In this document: positions 1 to 10,359 of the stretch, one piece after another
Layout of the letters: each line of letters starts with the position of its first letter
Numbering within the stretch: the stretch's first letter is position 1
Source of the DNA: Barthelona sp. PCE
Taxonomy: Eukaryota
NCBI GenBank assembly: GCA_040285745.1
Contig: JAUFOR010000008.1
Span: 930,001-994,000 of the forward strand
DNA length: 64,000 bases
Direction of reading: 5' to 3'
The notes under the pieces: model-generated
The model's input: only the letters and a program-made list of their open reading frames with translations
Database searches by the model: none
What the model was told of the DNA's origin: nothing
Position numbers and translations under genes: made by a program

Positions 1-179
1 AGGCTCTCAATGTTGGAGAAGAGGGTGGAGCGGAGCGCCATCATGACACCGGCGATAACGGCCGTGAGGAGGAGCTGAGCGGAAACGACGGAGTAAAGCT
101 TGGAGACGAACCCGAGGAACATCTCGTCTTCGACTGTCAGTGGTGAGGGCTGCCCAATGTCTTTGTAAGCGGGTTGCAT
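1..179 (-). CDS. TMBIM/Bax inhibitor-1 (LFG/GAAP-like) family protein, 5' part with intact frame, runs off the window
   Basis: ATG at 179 reads MQPAYKDIGQPSPLTVEDEMFLGFVSKLYSVVSAQLLLTAVIAGVMMALRSTLFSNIES, matching the F..K.Y.....QLL.T first-TM pattern of the TMBIM family. Confidence 0.8.
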   Translation of the reverse strand, partial: MQPAYKDIGQPSPLTVEDEMFLGFVSKLYSVVSAQLLLTAVIAGVMMALRSTLFSNIES

Positions 180-249
180 TTGGAAACGGAGGTAAAGCTA
201 AAACCGCTTCGCTTTCACCGTTGGATGCCTCCTGTCTGGTGTGGTCTGT

Positions 250-1053
250 TTACAATCGGCATGCTGAGCCACATGCCTCAGTGCCGAGCGAAGAGTTCAC
301 TGGTTTCAGTTGCCTGATCGAGACCTCGTGGATGAAGCCGTCACGCGCAACGTACACGCTGAGGCAGTCCCTGCTCACTCGCCTGAACTCGCCTCCGAGC
401 TCGAAACGCCCGCGCAGGCACAACGCATACCCCTCAACCGGATCGATCATGACCAGACTCTTGAAGTCCGCATCGCCGTGAACCTGCAGGTGCTCTGAGC
501 GCACACCGTAGGGTAGCGCCTGTCCGCGAAGCACAAGCCCGTCACGAACACGCGATACATTCGAGCGGCACACGAGGAACACATCCTTGCTGTCCCTGCT
601 GAACCCAGCCCATAGCACCCCGTCCTCGAGCGCAACGTCGGCCGTTGTCTCGGCACCGTGTCCCATCAGCTGCACGATCCGGAAGCGGCCGGCGGTGACT
701 ACTGATACTGCTCCCTCGTCGGAGATGCACAGCGCCTCGAGCTCACCATCGCCAAGGTCATCGCGCGCCACGACCGATGCGGCAGAGACGGTGCCGATTG
801 ACAAGCTGCGGCTGGCAGCGACGGCGAATGTGCCGTTTTCGGCTATGCAGAAGAGCGCATCCTGCGGGGCGGCGTGCGTGTGCACCGCGGCGTATGAGCC
901 GCCATCTACCCGCTCGAAAATGTGTATCGCGTCGGGAGTGCGGAACGCAAGAAAGCCCTCGTACCGAGACGCGTACCGCCCGCTGTGCACCATGCCCGGG
1001 TCGAACACGCGTTCTCTGCCGCTGAAAGGCGTTCCCTGCCCAGAAGATGACAT
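250..1053 (-). CDS. Hypothetical 267-aa protein, possibly a degenerate beta-propeller (copy 1)
   Basis: ATG-started ORF with recurring short beta-strand/turn patterns (FCIAENGTFAVAA, LCISDEGAVSVV, AGFSRDSKDVFLV). Confidence 0.6.
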   Translation of the reverse strand: MSSSGQGTPFSGRERVFDPGMVHSGRYASRYEGFLAFRTPDAIHIFERVDGGSYAAVHTHAAPQDALFCIAENGTFAVAASRSLSIGTVSAASVVARDDLGDGELEALCISDEGAVSVVTAGRFRIVQLMGHGAETTADVALEDGVLWAGFSRDSKDVFLVCRSNVSRVRDGLVLRGQALPYGVRSEHLQVHGDADFKSLVMIDPVEGYALCLRGRFELGGEFRRVSRDCLSVYVARDGFIHEVSIRQLKPVNSSLGTEACGSACRL

Positions 1054-1573
1054 ATGCGATGAAAAAGGCTGGAAAATGGAATACGCTCGTCAGCCGCCTC
1101 CCGGCCGCGCCCACGGCCGCACCCATCCGGAGCACCCACGCCAACACGCCACATGGCCAGGAATCGGCTGGCAGCGGGCGCACGCGTATCGTCCCAATAC
1201 GAGGCAGCACTGCATCTTGCGCGGTCCCTGTGCATGGGAGCTCACACATAGGCCACGTGGGCGCCGTGAGGGAGCCGCATCGCGACATCTGCAGAAAGGC
1301 TCATTTACAGTTTCGAATTAGCACGCGTCCCAGCGGTCGCAGCACCCGCCCACCACACCGCCACCGTCGCCCGCTTACCGAAGAAACCTACAGCTCAGCT
1401 CAGATTGGCATTTACACATTTTCCCACAACCAGCGTGGGGCTCGCTTGTGGCGCCGAAGCCACGGACGTATAAAGGAAAAACGCCCCACGCCACCCAAAA
1501 ATTCCATGAATATGAATGCCTTGGTTAAGGCTCAGATTCAAGTTTCTCACCTCATTCAATTTGCTGATACAAG

Positions 1574-2293
1574 ATGCGTAAATTTGCCATATTCTGCCTC
1601 GCACTGCTGCTTGTTGCCGCAGTCGCGACCAACTACGAGTACGAAGAAGAAACCGAGTACCACCACAAGCCCAATTGCCGCCCCAAGTGTCGCCGTCACT
1701 GCAGATACGGCAAGTGTTACAAGAAGTGCCGCCCCTGCCATCCCCCCAAGCCCAAGCCCAAGCCCAAGCCATGCAAGATAGATTGTTCAAAGGTTACAGA
1801 AGAGCAGGTTCTTTTCAAGCTCTGGTTCACCGCCAAGGGCAAGTACTGCAAGAAGCACTCTTTCCCCCACTTCCACAAGCACCTCAAGGGCATCAAGCTC
1901 CCCAAGGTCTGTGATCTCGATGACTCCGGTGCCTACTACGATGCCAACACACCTCCTTACTACGGCGTTACCTGCAAGTCCGGCAAGGTTGTTGAAATCG
2001 ACTGGTCCGGCCTCGATCTTGACGGCACCATCACTCCCTGGGTAAAGTGCCTTAACGAGCTCAAGGTGTTCGATATGTCCGACAACGACCTCCACGGCAC
2101 TCTCCCTGATCTTAACGATCACATTATGACCGTTGACGTCTCCGACAACGATTTGAGCAAGGTTGATTACAAGCTGTGCGGCTCCCTCGCCGCCCACGAC
2201 TCGTGCAAGCACGTTGACATCTCTGGTAACTACGGAATCAAGACCCCCAAGTGTTTGGTCGACGATCTCTGCCAATACGGCATTGAGGAATAA
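1574..2293 (+). CDS. Secreted Cys-rich LRR protein, cyst-wall-protein-like (copy 1)
   Basis: Signal peptide MRKFAIFCLALLLVAAVA, Cys/Lys/Arg-rich segment, PK repeats, then GVTC..GKVVEIDWSGLDLDGTITPWVKCLNELKVFDMSDNDLHGTLP (plant-type LRR cap plus LRRs). Strong C-ending codon bias. Confidence 0.85.
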   Translation: MRKFAIFCLALLLVAAVATNYEYEEETEYHHKPNCRPKCRRHCRYGKCYKKCRPCHPPKPKPKPKPCKIDCSKVTEEQVLFKLWFTAKGKYCKKHSFPHFHKHLKGIKLPKVCDLDDSGAYYDANTPPYYGVTCKSGKVVEIDWSGLDLDGTITPWVKCLNELKVFDMSDNDLHGTLPDLNDHIMTVDVSDNDLSKVDYKLCGSLAAHDSCKHVDISGNYGIKTPKCLVDDLCQYGIEE

Positions 2294-2535
2294 ATTGTTT
2301 TGTAATGTGAATTGGCCCGCGCCCCTGCAGCGAGCAGCACCGCTTGAAGGAAGTAAAAAATCTTTAACAGCACTAACTTTAACAATACTAATATTTATAT
2401 CAATAGTAGACATTTAAAACTCGCAAAGTCCACAAAGAAGAGATGATAGCTTAACAAAGCAACAAAAACTTAAGTTTTCTCTTTTCATACTTTCTTTACG
2501 AATTTACGTGCATTTATTTTCTACAATTCTAACTT

Positions 2536-5500
2536 ATGGGGATTAATATACTTTATTTATGTCTTTATTTAACTCTTTTTGTGGGATGCATTGGAACAAC
2601 AAAATATATTCGTGTGTTTGATGAAGTGGACTGTAAACCACCTATAGACGAATACGAAAATGTCAAATCTTTCAAAGAGGCCTTTTCAAAGATAAACAGT
2701 GGACCCACAGTGATTTATGTTTGCTTTGGTGCTTATACAGAGGATGAAGGGAAATTAGAGGGTAACTTCGCTTCCAACGTATCTATAATTGGAATTCCAC
2801 ACTCAAATGTACCTCCACATCTTACATTTGATCTAAAAGTTACCAATCTTGAAACAAGTTATGCAAAAGGATATTTTTCTGCAAAGAAAATTGGTTCTAC
2901 GAATCCTTTCAGTGTACATGCGCTCTCTACATCTTTTGAATCAACTCGAATTACTCATATTGAGGTAGCAAATATAACTACATTCGATGAAGCTTCCTTT
3001 TTGATAAAACTACGAAGCATATCACACGGCAGGATTTCTATCTCTACTCAAACGAAACTTGATGGTGAGAAGCTCTATTTTGCAAATTTCCGGATTGATA
3101 AAGAAGACGGTTTAAATTGGATGCTTAACGTTGATCTAATTAATAACGAACCTCATTTTATGATGGAAGACAACATTATTGCAGAGTTATTCATATATAA
3201 AGTTAATTATTACACCAATGTCCCAATTGTAGTTAACAACTTTGAATGTAGTCATTGTGAGATGACCAAGATTTCTAATCTGTTCACAAAAAGTGCATTA
3301 ATATGCCCAACAGTACCGAATATTAAGTTTATAGAAGGTAAAATGGATAAGCTTAGTTTTGTCCCACTTGTTGATAATGCAGAGATTCAATTATTTGATT
3401 TAACTAATAATTTGACAGTTTGGAATGATATTGCTGACCATAGGGGTGTCATTAGGATTATGAGTATTGAAAATGACTTTTTTCTTCACGTATCAGAGCT
3501 TAGGAATTCTTCAGTTGTTTGCAACACTTTTGTTAGCAATATTATTTTTCACAACTTCGAAAGTGCCATTTATTCAGTCTTGTATGATGGCATTAGCATG
3601 TTAAAGAAATATATGGTGTATGAACTGTTTATGGAAGGAATTGGTGATGTATCTTTTCACAATTGTGAGTTTTCAGCTCTGAAGATCAACTCACAGCAGT
3701 ATAGAGCCAAGTTAAATAACACAATAATTCACAGATTAGTTCGTGATATCAAGATTCAAAGTATTATAGACAGCAAACTGGTTTTTTCAGAACACAACAA
3801 TGAATATGGAAATATAAGGATTGCAAACCCGGTAGTTGAAATCAAAAATTCACAGTTTATTAATTTCACTATTATACCATTTATTGTTAACGATAATCTT
3901 TTTGAAATATTCGATTTTAACAATAATTCTTTAGTTTTTGGGTGTAGATATAATCCTATTTCTTCATATACAGGAAATTACATATTTTTTGTATTAAAAC
4001 TTATCTCAGAAAACGTATTATCATCTTTTGATTTTATAAATGTGCAATACATAATTCCACAACAGATGATCATGCGCTACAGAGATACAGGACGGATATC
4101 TATATTGAAGGACAATGAACAAGAGTATTCCGTGGATGAAGATTCTGTTCTTGTTGTGGGTAATATTACCACCAATGCTGAAAGTTTTCTTTTTGACATA
4201 TACATGAATGAATTTGCAAATTTTTTCATCACGAATATCAATAATGTTGTTCTAAGCAGTGAGTATTCACCATTTCTAGGATATGAACGTAAGTTTTACA
4301 TAACCTCTTGCTACCTTGTTGAATTGTCTGTTCAAGATCAACTATCGATGTCAATTTCTGACTGTGAAATACAGCGTTTATCGTTCCGTTCCAATAGTAT
4401 TGAAGTTAACAATGTTACTATTCTTGAACCATCTGTCATTATGTGTGATACGTTTTTAGCAAAGAATTCAAGCTTAAATGAGATGAGGGGATCTATAAAT
4501 GATTTTCAAATTACTGAAATTAGTGGAACATTCAAGAATTCCCTAAAAATTGGAAAATTGACAGTTTATGATGGTTGTTTTATTTCATTACTCGGATCAG
4601 GTTGGATGGATCGCCTAACACTCAGAGATATGAACTGTTCCAACTGTATTCAAGTTGAGGAATGGTTATTTGGACTTGTGGAATTTACTAATGTTGTGAT
4701 GGAAGATTGTACATTGTTTCTTACAATGACGGAGTTGGAAATCATGGTAAGTAGTTTCACACATTCAATGCTTCGGTTTTATGCCAATCATTACAAGTCA
4801 TCAAACAATATTTGGAACCGTGTATCTTTTGCAGAGGGTAGTCGCATTTCTTCAAGTCGGTTATTTGTGCGCAATGATATATTTACGCGTGTAACGTTCC
4901 CGGATTCATGCTTATTTGCCACTAATAACGATGACATTGAAGCATCATTTTTGCTTGAGGTTGATGTTAATAAGGTTTTGGGCTGCATGCTTTTGGTAGA
5001 TTCGAACGATCAGGGAACCATTGGTGGGCGCGTTAACAACGAAGAGAACGAAGGTAAATTTACACTGATAAAAGTTGACGATTATTCACAAGAACTTTTT
5101 CTTTCAGTCAATGATTTAATTATCACCAGTGTTAGTAGTTCATATCCCATCATCAGTCAACAGTCTATTGTTTTTTATATCACTGGTGAGCAACTCAACA
5201 TTTCTTCATCAACTCCAGTTTTTTTTGCAAAAACTGTGGAGATCAGACATTCGTTAATTTCTTCTCTAAATACTTTATTTATCCGGGAAGGAACATTTGC
5301 AACCTTGTATTTGAAGGTAGTTGATCTTGTTAATTGGTGGAACGTAAGCTTCTCTGCATATCGTATCACTGGTAACGTTTACTATTCAACTGAGCAAGAT
5401 ATAGATCATATTTTGTTTAAGAGTACTTATTCTGAGCTAATGATTACATTAAACGGTGTTGAACCAAAATATTTAGTTCAAACAGTTATTCTTGAAGACT

Positions 5501-7248
5501 TATCTGTTGTACCACACGAAACCGTTTATTGTCATCAGGATTTTGCTCAAGAAAACTGTACGTCAATTTATTTCGACTATATTGAAGATATTACGCTGAT
5601 TGAGAAGTCATACAGTCATATAGTTGAAGTGTGGATGAATGCACAAACAACGAGTCCAGATTTTCAACCAAATTTTCTTGTTTTCAATCAAGAAACACAG
5701 GAATCGTTGCCTTACAGAGTTTTTGAAGTATGGTATGACTTTGGAAGCGTCATTGATTTAGTTTTAATTCACCCTTTCAACATGGTTCCTCAAATATTAA
5801 CAAACGCACGGTATTGTGATGCAGGTAGCCGATATATGGAAGGAACTTATTGTGTGCGTTGTACATTGAATGAAATTCAATTGACAGATAACTTTGAAGG
5901 CAATCATTGCGAACGCATTGAGAACAAAGAACTACACAACAAAATTGAAGGAAGCACTTTTATGTTAACTGAAAGAGAGACAATAATAGTTACTAATAAG
6001 TCTGAAAACGCTTTTATTCTTGCAAAGTGTATGAGGCACTGTCAGGAAGGGTCGTTTGACTTCAGTATGGAGCAATACCCTAACTGTGATGAAGGATACA
6101 TTGGCTCTTTCTGTAGTAAGTGTTCTGAAGATGCTCATTATCTTCCCCTTGAAGGTTCATGTGTCATATGTCCAGATTTACTCTCTTCTATTATGTATAT
6201 TGGATTCTTTTTGCTCATTGCTCTAAGTATCATATCTTTTTTAAATTGGGGACATATTTTCCCGTGGCATATGATTTTGGGTCATGAACCAGCTTTTAAA
6301 GAGTTTGGAGCAGTTAGATTAACAAAAACCATCGTATCTTTCTTTTTTTCTTTGCTTCCTTTTATTCCTTATAAGTCTAGTGATGAAACGGTGAATTATA
6401 AGTTTTCTATTTCAAACGAAGCATTTTACAATGCTGTTCAGTGTGTAATTCAACGTACAGGAATCAATATGAAGCATACAACAGTTCCTATTGCTTTATT
6501 CACTTTCAACATGACTGTTCTCATCGTAATATCATTGTTTGGACTTGGAACGCGATCGAAGAACACTCATAAACGGGAAAAGTTCCTTTCAATTAACGCT
6601 GCTGTTGCAAGTTTAACTTTTCCTCATATTCTTGCAAATTCAGTTTTATTACTTATTCCTATCTCAATAGAATCTCAATTTAAGTTCAAAACTACGGGAT
6701 TTTCACATTTTAGACCTCTTCTGGAGCCTCATTTATCATTCGAAAGTGGAGCGGATTTTATTCCTTACTTATTATCCAGCTTGTTTGGTTTTGCTCTTTG
6801 CTTTATACTCACTAGAATTATTGTTAAAGAATCCGTTCTAGAGCACAGTTTTGTGAGTGTTGGATACAGAAATGCGTTTTTATTTTTACCTTTTGTTATC
6901 ACTTTGATCAGAGCTGTTATAACTCTTCTCGCCATAACAACAGATCAGTATAGTATGTTAGTAATATTGTATGGAATTTGTTTGATTTTCTTTTTCTTTA
7001 AGATTCAACCAATGGTTTTCAAGTTCCTCAATGACTTTTTCGGGTGGATTGTAATGATTGCATTGATAACAGACATTTCACTAGCTTATGTTGTTGCTGA
7101 ATCATACAGTATTGTTACTACACTGATATTCTTTTTCATTCCTGGTTTGGTAATTTTTACTATAGTTAAAAGTTCTTCCTCAACTGATTTCGATGTTAGT
7201 GGTTCAATTCAAATGCCTTTGGTTGAAAAACAACCATTTTTTATATGA
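2536..7248 (+). CDS. Large surface/membrane protein: signal peptide, long beta-rich ectodomain, Cys-rich (EGF/furin-like) segment, multi-pass C-terminus
   Basis: 1570-aa ORF with hydrophobic N-terminus, CDAGSRY..CVRC and CDEGYIGSFCSKC...CVIC motifs, and about 8 hydrophobic segments at the C-terminus. Confidence 0.75.
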   Translation: MGINILYLCLYLTLFVGCIGTTKYIRVFDEVDCKPPIDEYENVKSFKEAFSKINSGPTVIYVCFGAYTEDEGKLEGNFASNVSIIGIPHSNVPPHLTFDLKVTNLETSYAKGYFSAKKIGSTNPFSVHALSTSFESTRITHIEVANITTFDEASFLIKLRSISHGRISISTQTKLDGEKLYFANFRIDKEDGLNWMLNVDLINNEPHFMMEDNIIAELFIYKVNYYTNVPIVVNNFECSHCEMTKISNLFTKSALICPTVPNIKFIEGKMDKLSFVPLVDNAEIQLFDLTNNLTVWNDIADHRGVIRIMSIENDFFLHVSELRNSSVVCNTFVSNIIFHNFESAIYSVLYDGISMLKKYMVYELFMEGIGDVSFHNCEFSALKINSQQYRAKLNNTIIHRLVRDIKIQSIIDSKLVFSEHNNEYGNIRIANPVVEIKNSQFINFTIIPFIVNDNLFEIFDFNNNSLVFGCRYNPISSYTGNYIFFVLKLISENVLSSFDFINVQYIIPQQMIMRYRDTGRISILKDNEQEYSVDEDSVLVVGNITTNAESFLFDIYMNEFANFFITNINNVVLSSEYSPFLGYERKFYITSCYLVELSVQDQLSMSISDCEIQRLSFRSNSIEVNNVTILEPSVIMCDTFLAKNSSLNEMRGSINDFQITEISGTFKNSLKIGKLTVYDGCFISLLGSGWMDRLTLRDMNCSNCIQVEEWLFGLVEFTNVVMEDCTLFLTMTELEIMVSSFTHSMLRFYANHYKSSNNIWNRVSFAEGSRISSSRLFVRNDIFTRVTFPDSCLFATNNDDIEASFLLEVDVNKVLGCMLLVDSNDQGTIGGRVNNEENEGKFTLIKVDDYSQELFLSVNDLIITSVSSSYPIISQQSIVFYITGEQLNISSSTPVFFAKTVEIRHSLISSLNTLFIREGTFATLYLKVVDLVNWWNVSFSAYRITGNVYYSTEQDIDHILFKSTYSELMITLNGVEPKYLVQTVILEDLSVVPHETVYCHQDFAQENCTSIYFDYIEDITLIEKSYSHIVEVWMNAQTTSPDFQPNFLVFNQETQESLPYRVFEVWYDFGSVIDLVLIHPFNMVPQILTNARYCDAGSRYMEGTYCVRCTLNEIQLTDNFEGNHCERIENKELHNKIEGSTFMLTERETIIVTNKSENAFILAKCMRHCQEGSFDFSMEQYPNCDEGYIGSFCSKCSEDAHYLPLEGSCVICPDLLSSIMYIGFFLLIALSIISFLNWGHIFPWHMILGHEPAFKEFGAVRLTKTIVSFFFSLLPFIPYKSSDETVNYKFSISNEAFYNAVQCVIQRTGINMKHTTVPIALFTFNMTVLIVISLFGLGTRSKNTHKREKFLSINAAVASLTFPHILANSVLLLIPISIESQFKFKTTGFSHFRPLLEPHLSFESGADFIPYLLSSLFGFALCFILTRIIVKESVLEHSFVSVGYRNAFLFLPFVITLIRAVITLLAITTDQYSMLVILYGICLIFFFFKIQPMVFKFLNDFFGWIVMIALITDISLAYVVAESYSIVTTLIFFFIPGLVIFTIVKSSSSTDFDVSGSIQMPLVEKQPFFI

Positions 7249-7278
7249 TGTTTCAATTTTACTAACAAATTCAAGGTA

Positions 7279-9003
7279 TTAATCGGCCTTAATGGCGGAA
7301 TACATCTTTTTAACAAGGAAGTATGATGTTAAGAAACCAATTGTACCAAGAATTAACCACACACCCCAAGCGCAAACGAGTACGGTTCCGAAGAAGTGCC
7401 AAAATTGCATAAATCCACGTAAATTAGATTGAACGGCCCAATAAAATAGTGAATAGAGCACTAACCAAACAGCAGCAGAACCTCCATAACCGAAACTCCA
7501 TAACCACCAATTGTAATCACCACTTGAAAGCTGGAAGAAAGTGAAAATCGCAGCAACACATGCAGTAACAACAATGATTGTAAGAAGGATTAAAACCAGT
7601 AAACCAAACATGAGACCTGCTTGATTGAGATTTGACGAAAAGAATTGAATAATCTCCATATAACTGGCAGCAAAAGGAATAAATCCAGCTACCATAAACT
7701 GGAACCAAGGTCTTTGATAGAAATTGACTTCAGGAATCTCCTTCTTGTATGAATATGTTCTGGTTGGTGCCTCAAACTTCTTAGAACGAGATTTGGCAAC
7801 AATTCCTCCAGCAATGCTAAGTGGAACAGCTGTAAGTCCAAGAATTAACACCAATTTAATAACAGCAGCAAGAGGCAGAGCAGCAGTGGAGCTGAATCCA
7901 ACAGCCACAAAGTTGCCAAACGCGACAATCAAGAAAAGAGGAAGTGTGAATAGCAAAGATGCAACCAGCAAATTTGTTGCGTATTTCTTTCCCTCCAGAC
8001 CGATAAAAACTTTGGTGGCAACATAACCAGCAATAAAGGCGGTTAAAACATAAACAATAAGCATCGTAATAGTGCGATCACCCTCGTCTTTTGAGATTAG
8101 ACCCCACAATCCCAAGATTAAAAATGCTACAAGTGCAACTAGCAATTGAGCACCTACACCTATAGAGCTTGCAAGATACATTTTTTGGGCTGGAGGACGA
8201 AATACATCACCAGAAATACTCTTCCATCCCAACTCATCAATAGAATCATGTGACAGTCTCTTCTTTGTATCCTTTTTCAACACACGCATCATGATGGCCC
8301 AGAGAATGACGACACCCAACGATGTGATGCAAATGCTGTTAACGAGAGCCACCCAATGTATACTTTCAGTTGTAGAACGCATTGAACTGGTATATAATTC
8401 AGTGCGATCGATAGGATTTTTATCTGTGTGGAACCATCTTGCAGAATATGAAAACATCACAGGCATATGCTCGTCTGATGCCAAAGCCAGCAATTGAATG
8501 GGATGACTCATTGTCACATTGACTGCAATGATTTTCTCCTGATGATACGAGATCCCAAAGTTGTACCTGGTGTACAGATAATGCTTGGGGCCCTCCATGA
8601 AGCCAATATCTCCCCAAATTGGTAAACCGTCATATTCCATTTCGAAAAAATATTTTTGATCGATAGCACTCATAAATCTGGCAACCTCCTGTGCCTGAAG
8701 GACTGCCTGCCCATCAGGATACTTCGCTACATTGCTACAAAGGTTGTGACCGATAATATCTTGACGGAAAGGTAATGCTACATCAGTAGACATGAATCTG
8801 TCTCCGTGGATGAGCGAAGCCAGTGAACTTACCTTCATAAACATCTTTTCAGGTCTACAAAACGGCAAACTATAATAGGTGTAGGTTTGGTCAGGGGAAA
8901 ATGAGCTACCAATTTTGTTTACCCAAAACTTTGGTACGTCACCTGTCTCGTATGATGCAACAAGCCCCAGGGCAATAAATAAAACGATAAAACCCAATTT
9001 CAT
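7279..9003 (-). CDS. Transmembrane 9 superfamily (EMP70/nonaspanin) protein
   Basis: Signal peptide MKLGFIVLFIALGLVA; TYTYYSLPFC, IHWVALVNS, GWKSISGDVFRPP, DYNWWLWSF and C-terminal KMYSAIKAD motifs; nine TM segments. Confidence 0.95.
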   Translation of the reverse strand: MKLGFIVLFIALGLVASYETGDVPKFWVNKIGSSFSPDQTYTYYSLPFCRPEKMFMKVSSLASLIHGDRFMSTDVALPFRQDIIGHNLCSNVAKYPDGQAVLQAQEVARFMSAIDQKYFFEMEYDGLPIWGDIGFMEGPKHYLYTRYNFGISYHQEKIIAVNVTMSHPIQLLALASDEHMPVMFSYSARWFHTDKNPIDRTELYTSSMRSTTESIHWVALVNSICITSLGVVILWAIMMRVLKKDTKKRLSHDSIDELGWKSISGDVFRPPAQKMYLASSIGVGAQLLVALVAFLILGLWGLISKDEGDRTITMLIVYVLTAFIAGYVATKVFIGLEGKKYATNLLVASLLFTLPLFLIVAFGNFVAVGFSSTAALPLAAVIKLVLILGLTAVPLSIAGGIVAKSRSKKFEAPTRTYSYKKEIPEVNFYQRPWFQFMVAGFIPFAASYMEIIQFFSSNLNQAGLMFGLLVLILLTIIVVTACVAAIFTFFQLSSGDYNWWLWSFGYGGSAAVWLVLYSLFYWAVQSNLRGFMQFWHFFGTVLVCAWGVWLILGTIGFLTSYFLVKKMYSAIKAD

Positions 9004-9021
9004 GTCTGTATTAAGTTTTTT

Positions 9022-9906
9022 ATGCGACAACAGAAGTGCCTTTCACTTCGAAAGGATATCGCTCAAGCGAAAATCAAGCCTCGAATCATTACGAACCCAT
9101 ATTTGACTATAGCCGAGGTTCTTAATTGTGAGGAGTATTTTGTTGATTTAGAGGGCGATTCAATCTTTTCTGACTTTGTAGATGTGGAACCCGAACCACA
9201 ATTCACCAAATTTAAAGAATGTTTGGGCAAATGTATTGTCCAAATCAAAAAGGCAAGAAAACGACCAAAGTATCGACATGTGGAACGTGTATTTTCTAGA
9301 AAGGGCTGTCGTTTGCCACTTCATCGAAACGAATTAAAGTGTTCATGTTCAGAAGCTTGTGCAACACCAGATTGTCCTAACTATGCAACCAATGTTGAAT
9401 GTGATGCAGGTACATGTAATCACAAACAAGAAGATTGCTTAAACCGTAGATTTGCATCGCTTTCAAAGGAGCGTATCTCTTTAAGACCATTTTTGACGGA
9501 ATGGAAGGGAGTAGGTCTTTCAACACTGGAAGACATTGAAGCCGATGAATTAGTAATTGAAATCACTGGAGAATTGATTGACAGGGATGTTTTGTGCAAC
9601 AGACTTGATAAAAGCAAAGTAGGACAAATGATGTATGCTATAGAGTTAGGTAATGATTTGTTTATTGATATGAAACCTAAAGGTAATTTTTCAAGGTTCA
9701 TAAACCATAGCTGTGATCCCAATTTGAGAGTAGAAAAATGGTATGTAGATGAACTGCCAAGATTGGGGTTATTCGCAACCAGAACAATAGAATCATTTGA
9801 AGAGCTTAGTTTTGATTATAATTTTGCTAGTTTTGATGAGAACATCGAATGCAAATGCGGTTCAAAGAACTGTAGAGGCAATTTAAATACAATATTAAAG
9901 GATTAG
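9022..9906 (+). CDS. AWS-SET-postSET histone lysine methyltransferase (SET2/NSD/ASH1-like)
   Basis: Cys-rich AWS region, KGVGL, GNFSRFINHSCDPN, EELSFDYN and post-SET CKCGSKNCRG. Confidence 0.93.
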   Translation: MRQQKCLSLRKDIAQAKIKPRIITNPYLTIAEVLNCEEYFVDLEGDSIFSDFVDVEPEPQFTKFKECLGKCIVQIKKARKRPKYRHVERVFSRKGCRLPLHRNELKCSCSEACATPDCPNYATNVECDAGTCNHKQEDCLNRRFASLSKERISLRPFLTEWKGVGLSTLEDIEADELVIEITGELIDRDVLCNRLDKSKVGQMMYAIELGNDLFIDMKPKGNFSRFINHSCDPNLRVEKWYVDELPRLGLFATRTIESFEELSFDYNFASFDENIECKCGSKNCRGNLNTILKD

Positions 9907-10359
9907 TTTAATTTATTGCGAAATAAAATCTTCATTTTATGGTTTTTGGGGATGACGTGTGAAGAATCAGCATCTGAGCAAAGAATTGTTTTAAAATTCC
10001 TCTTTTAAAAAAACCTGTTGTACCTACCACACTTTAAACGATTTTTCAAAATTTTTAATAACATTAAAGCTTTATATAAAGTTAGTTACCACTCAAAAAT
10101 GAATTATACTTTAAAGTTAAAATAAAATAAGACTGTAAAAGAATAGTAGTCGACTTTATAGTCATTTTATATTCACACAAACATGGACTGTGTAGCATAT
10201 GACTCTCTCATTACGTGATAGATACCTGAAAAACGGGAAAATTGTCAATTTTTCCAAATTTCACCATTTCGAAAATATGTGAAAGTAATCATGTGATGAT
10301 TGTGTTATCTGCACCATAACCACACAAGTCAAATTGTTTTAGCGCTTTTCACTCTTTTC

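Larger units (their letters stand above)
1..2363. repeat. Left arm of long inverted duplication (GC-rich cassette), truncated by window start
   Basis: Reverse complement of 21604-23967 (x pairs with 23967-x). The same ORFs recur on the opposite strand. Differences seen: SNPs 198/23769 and 1527/22440, and a 1-nt indel at 68-69/23898-23900. Identity stops after ...GAAGTAAAAAATCT at 2363. Confidence 0.97.

Noticed and set aside
2353-2398. Intron-like GT...CTAATATTTAT across the left repeat junction
   Set aside because: Donor GTAAAA does not match GTAT, and no flanking exons make sense.
140-2417. Many overlapping alternative-frame ORFs in both GC-rich arms (e.g. 587-1321, 758-1288, 1047-1781, 1787-2413 and their mirror copies)
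   Set aside because: Stop-poor shadow frames expected from high GC and codon bias; low-complexity translations that overlap better-supported genes.
10120-10255. AT-rich imperfect hairpin and palindrome upstream of AMPD
   Set aside because: Low complexity and imperfect; no independent support.
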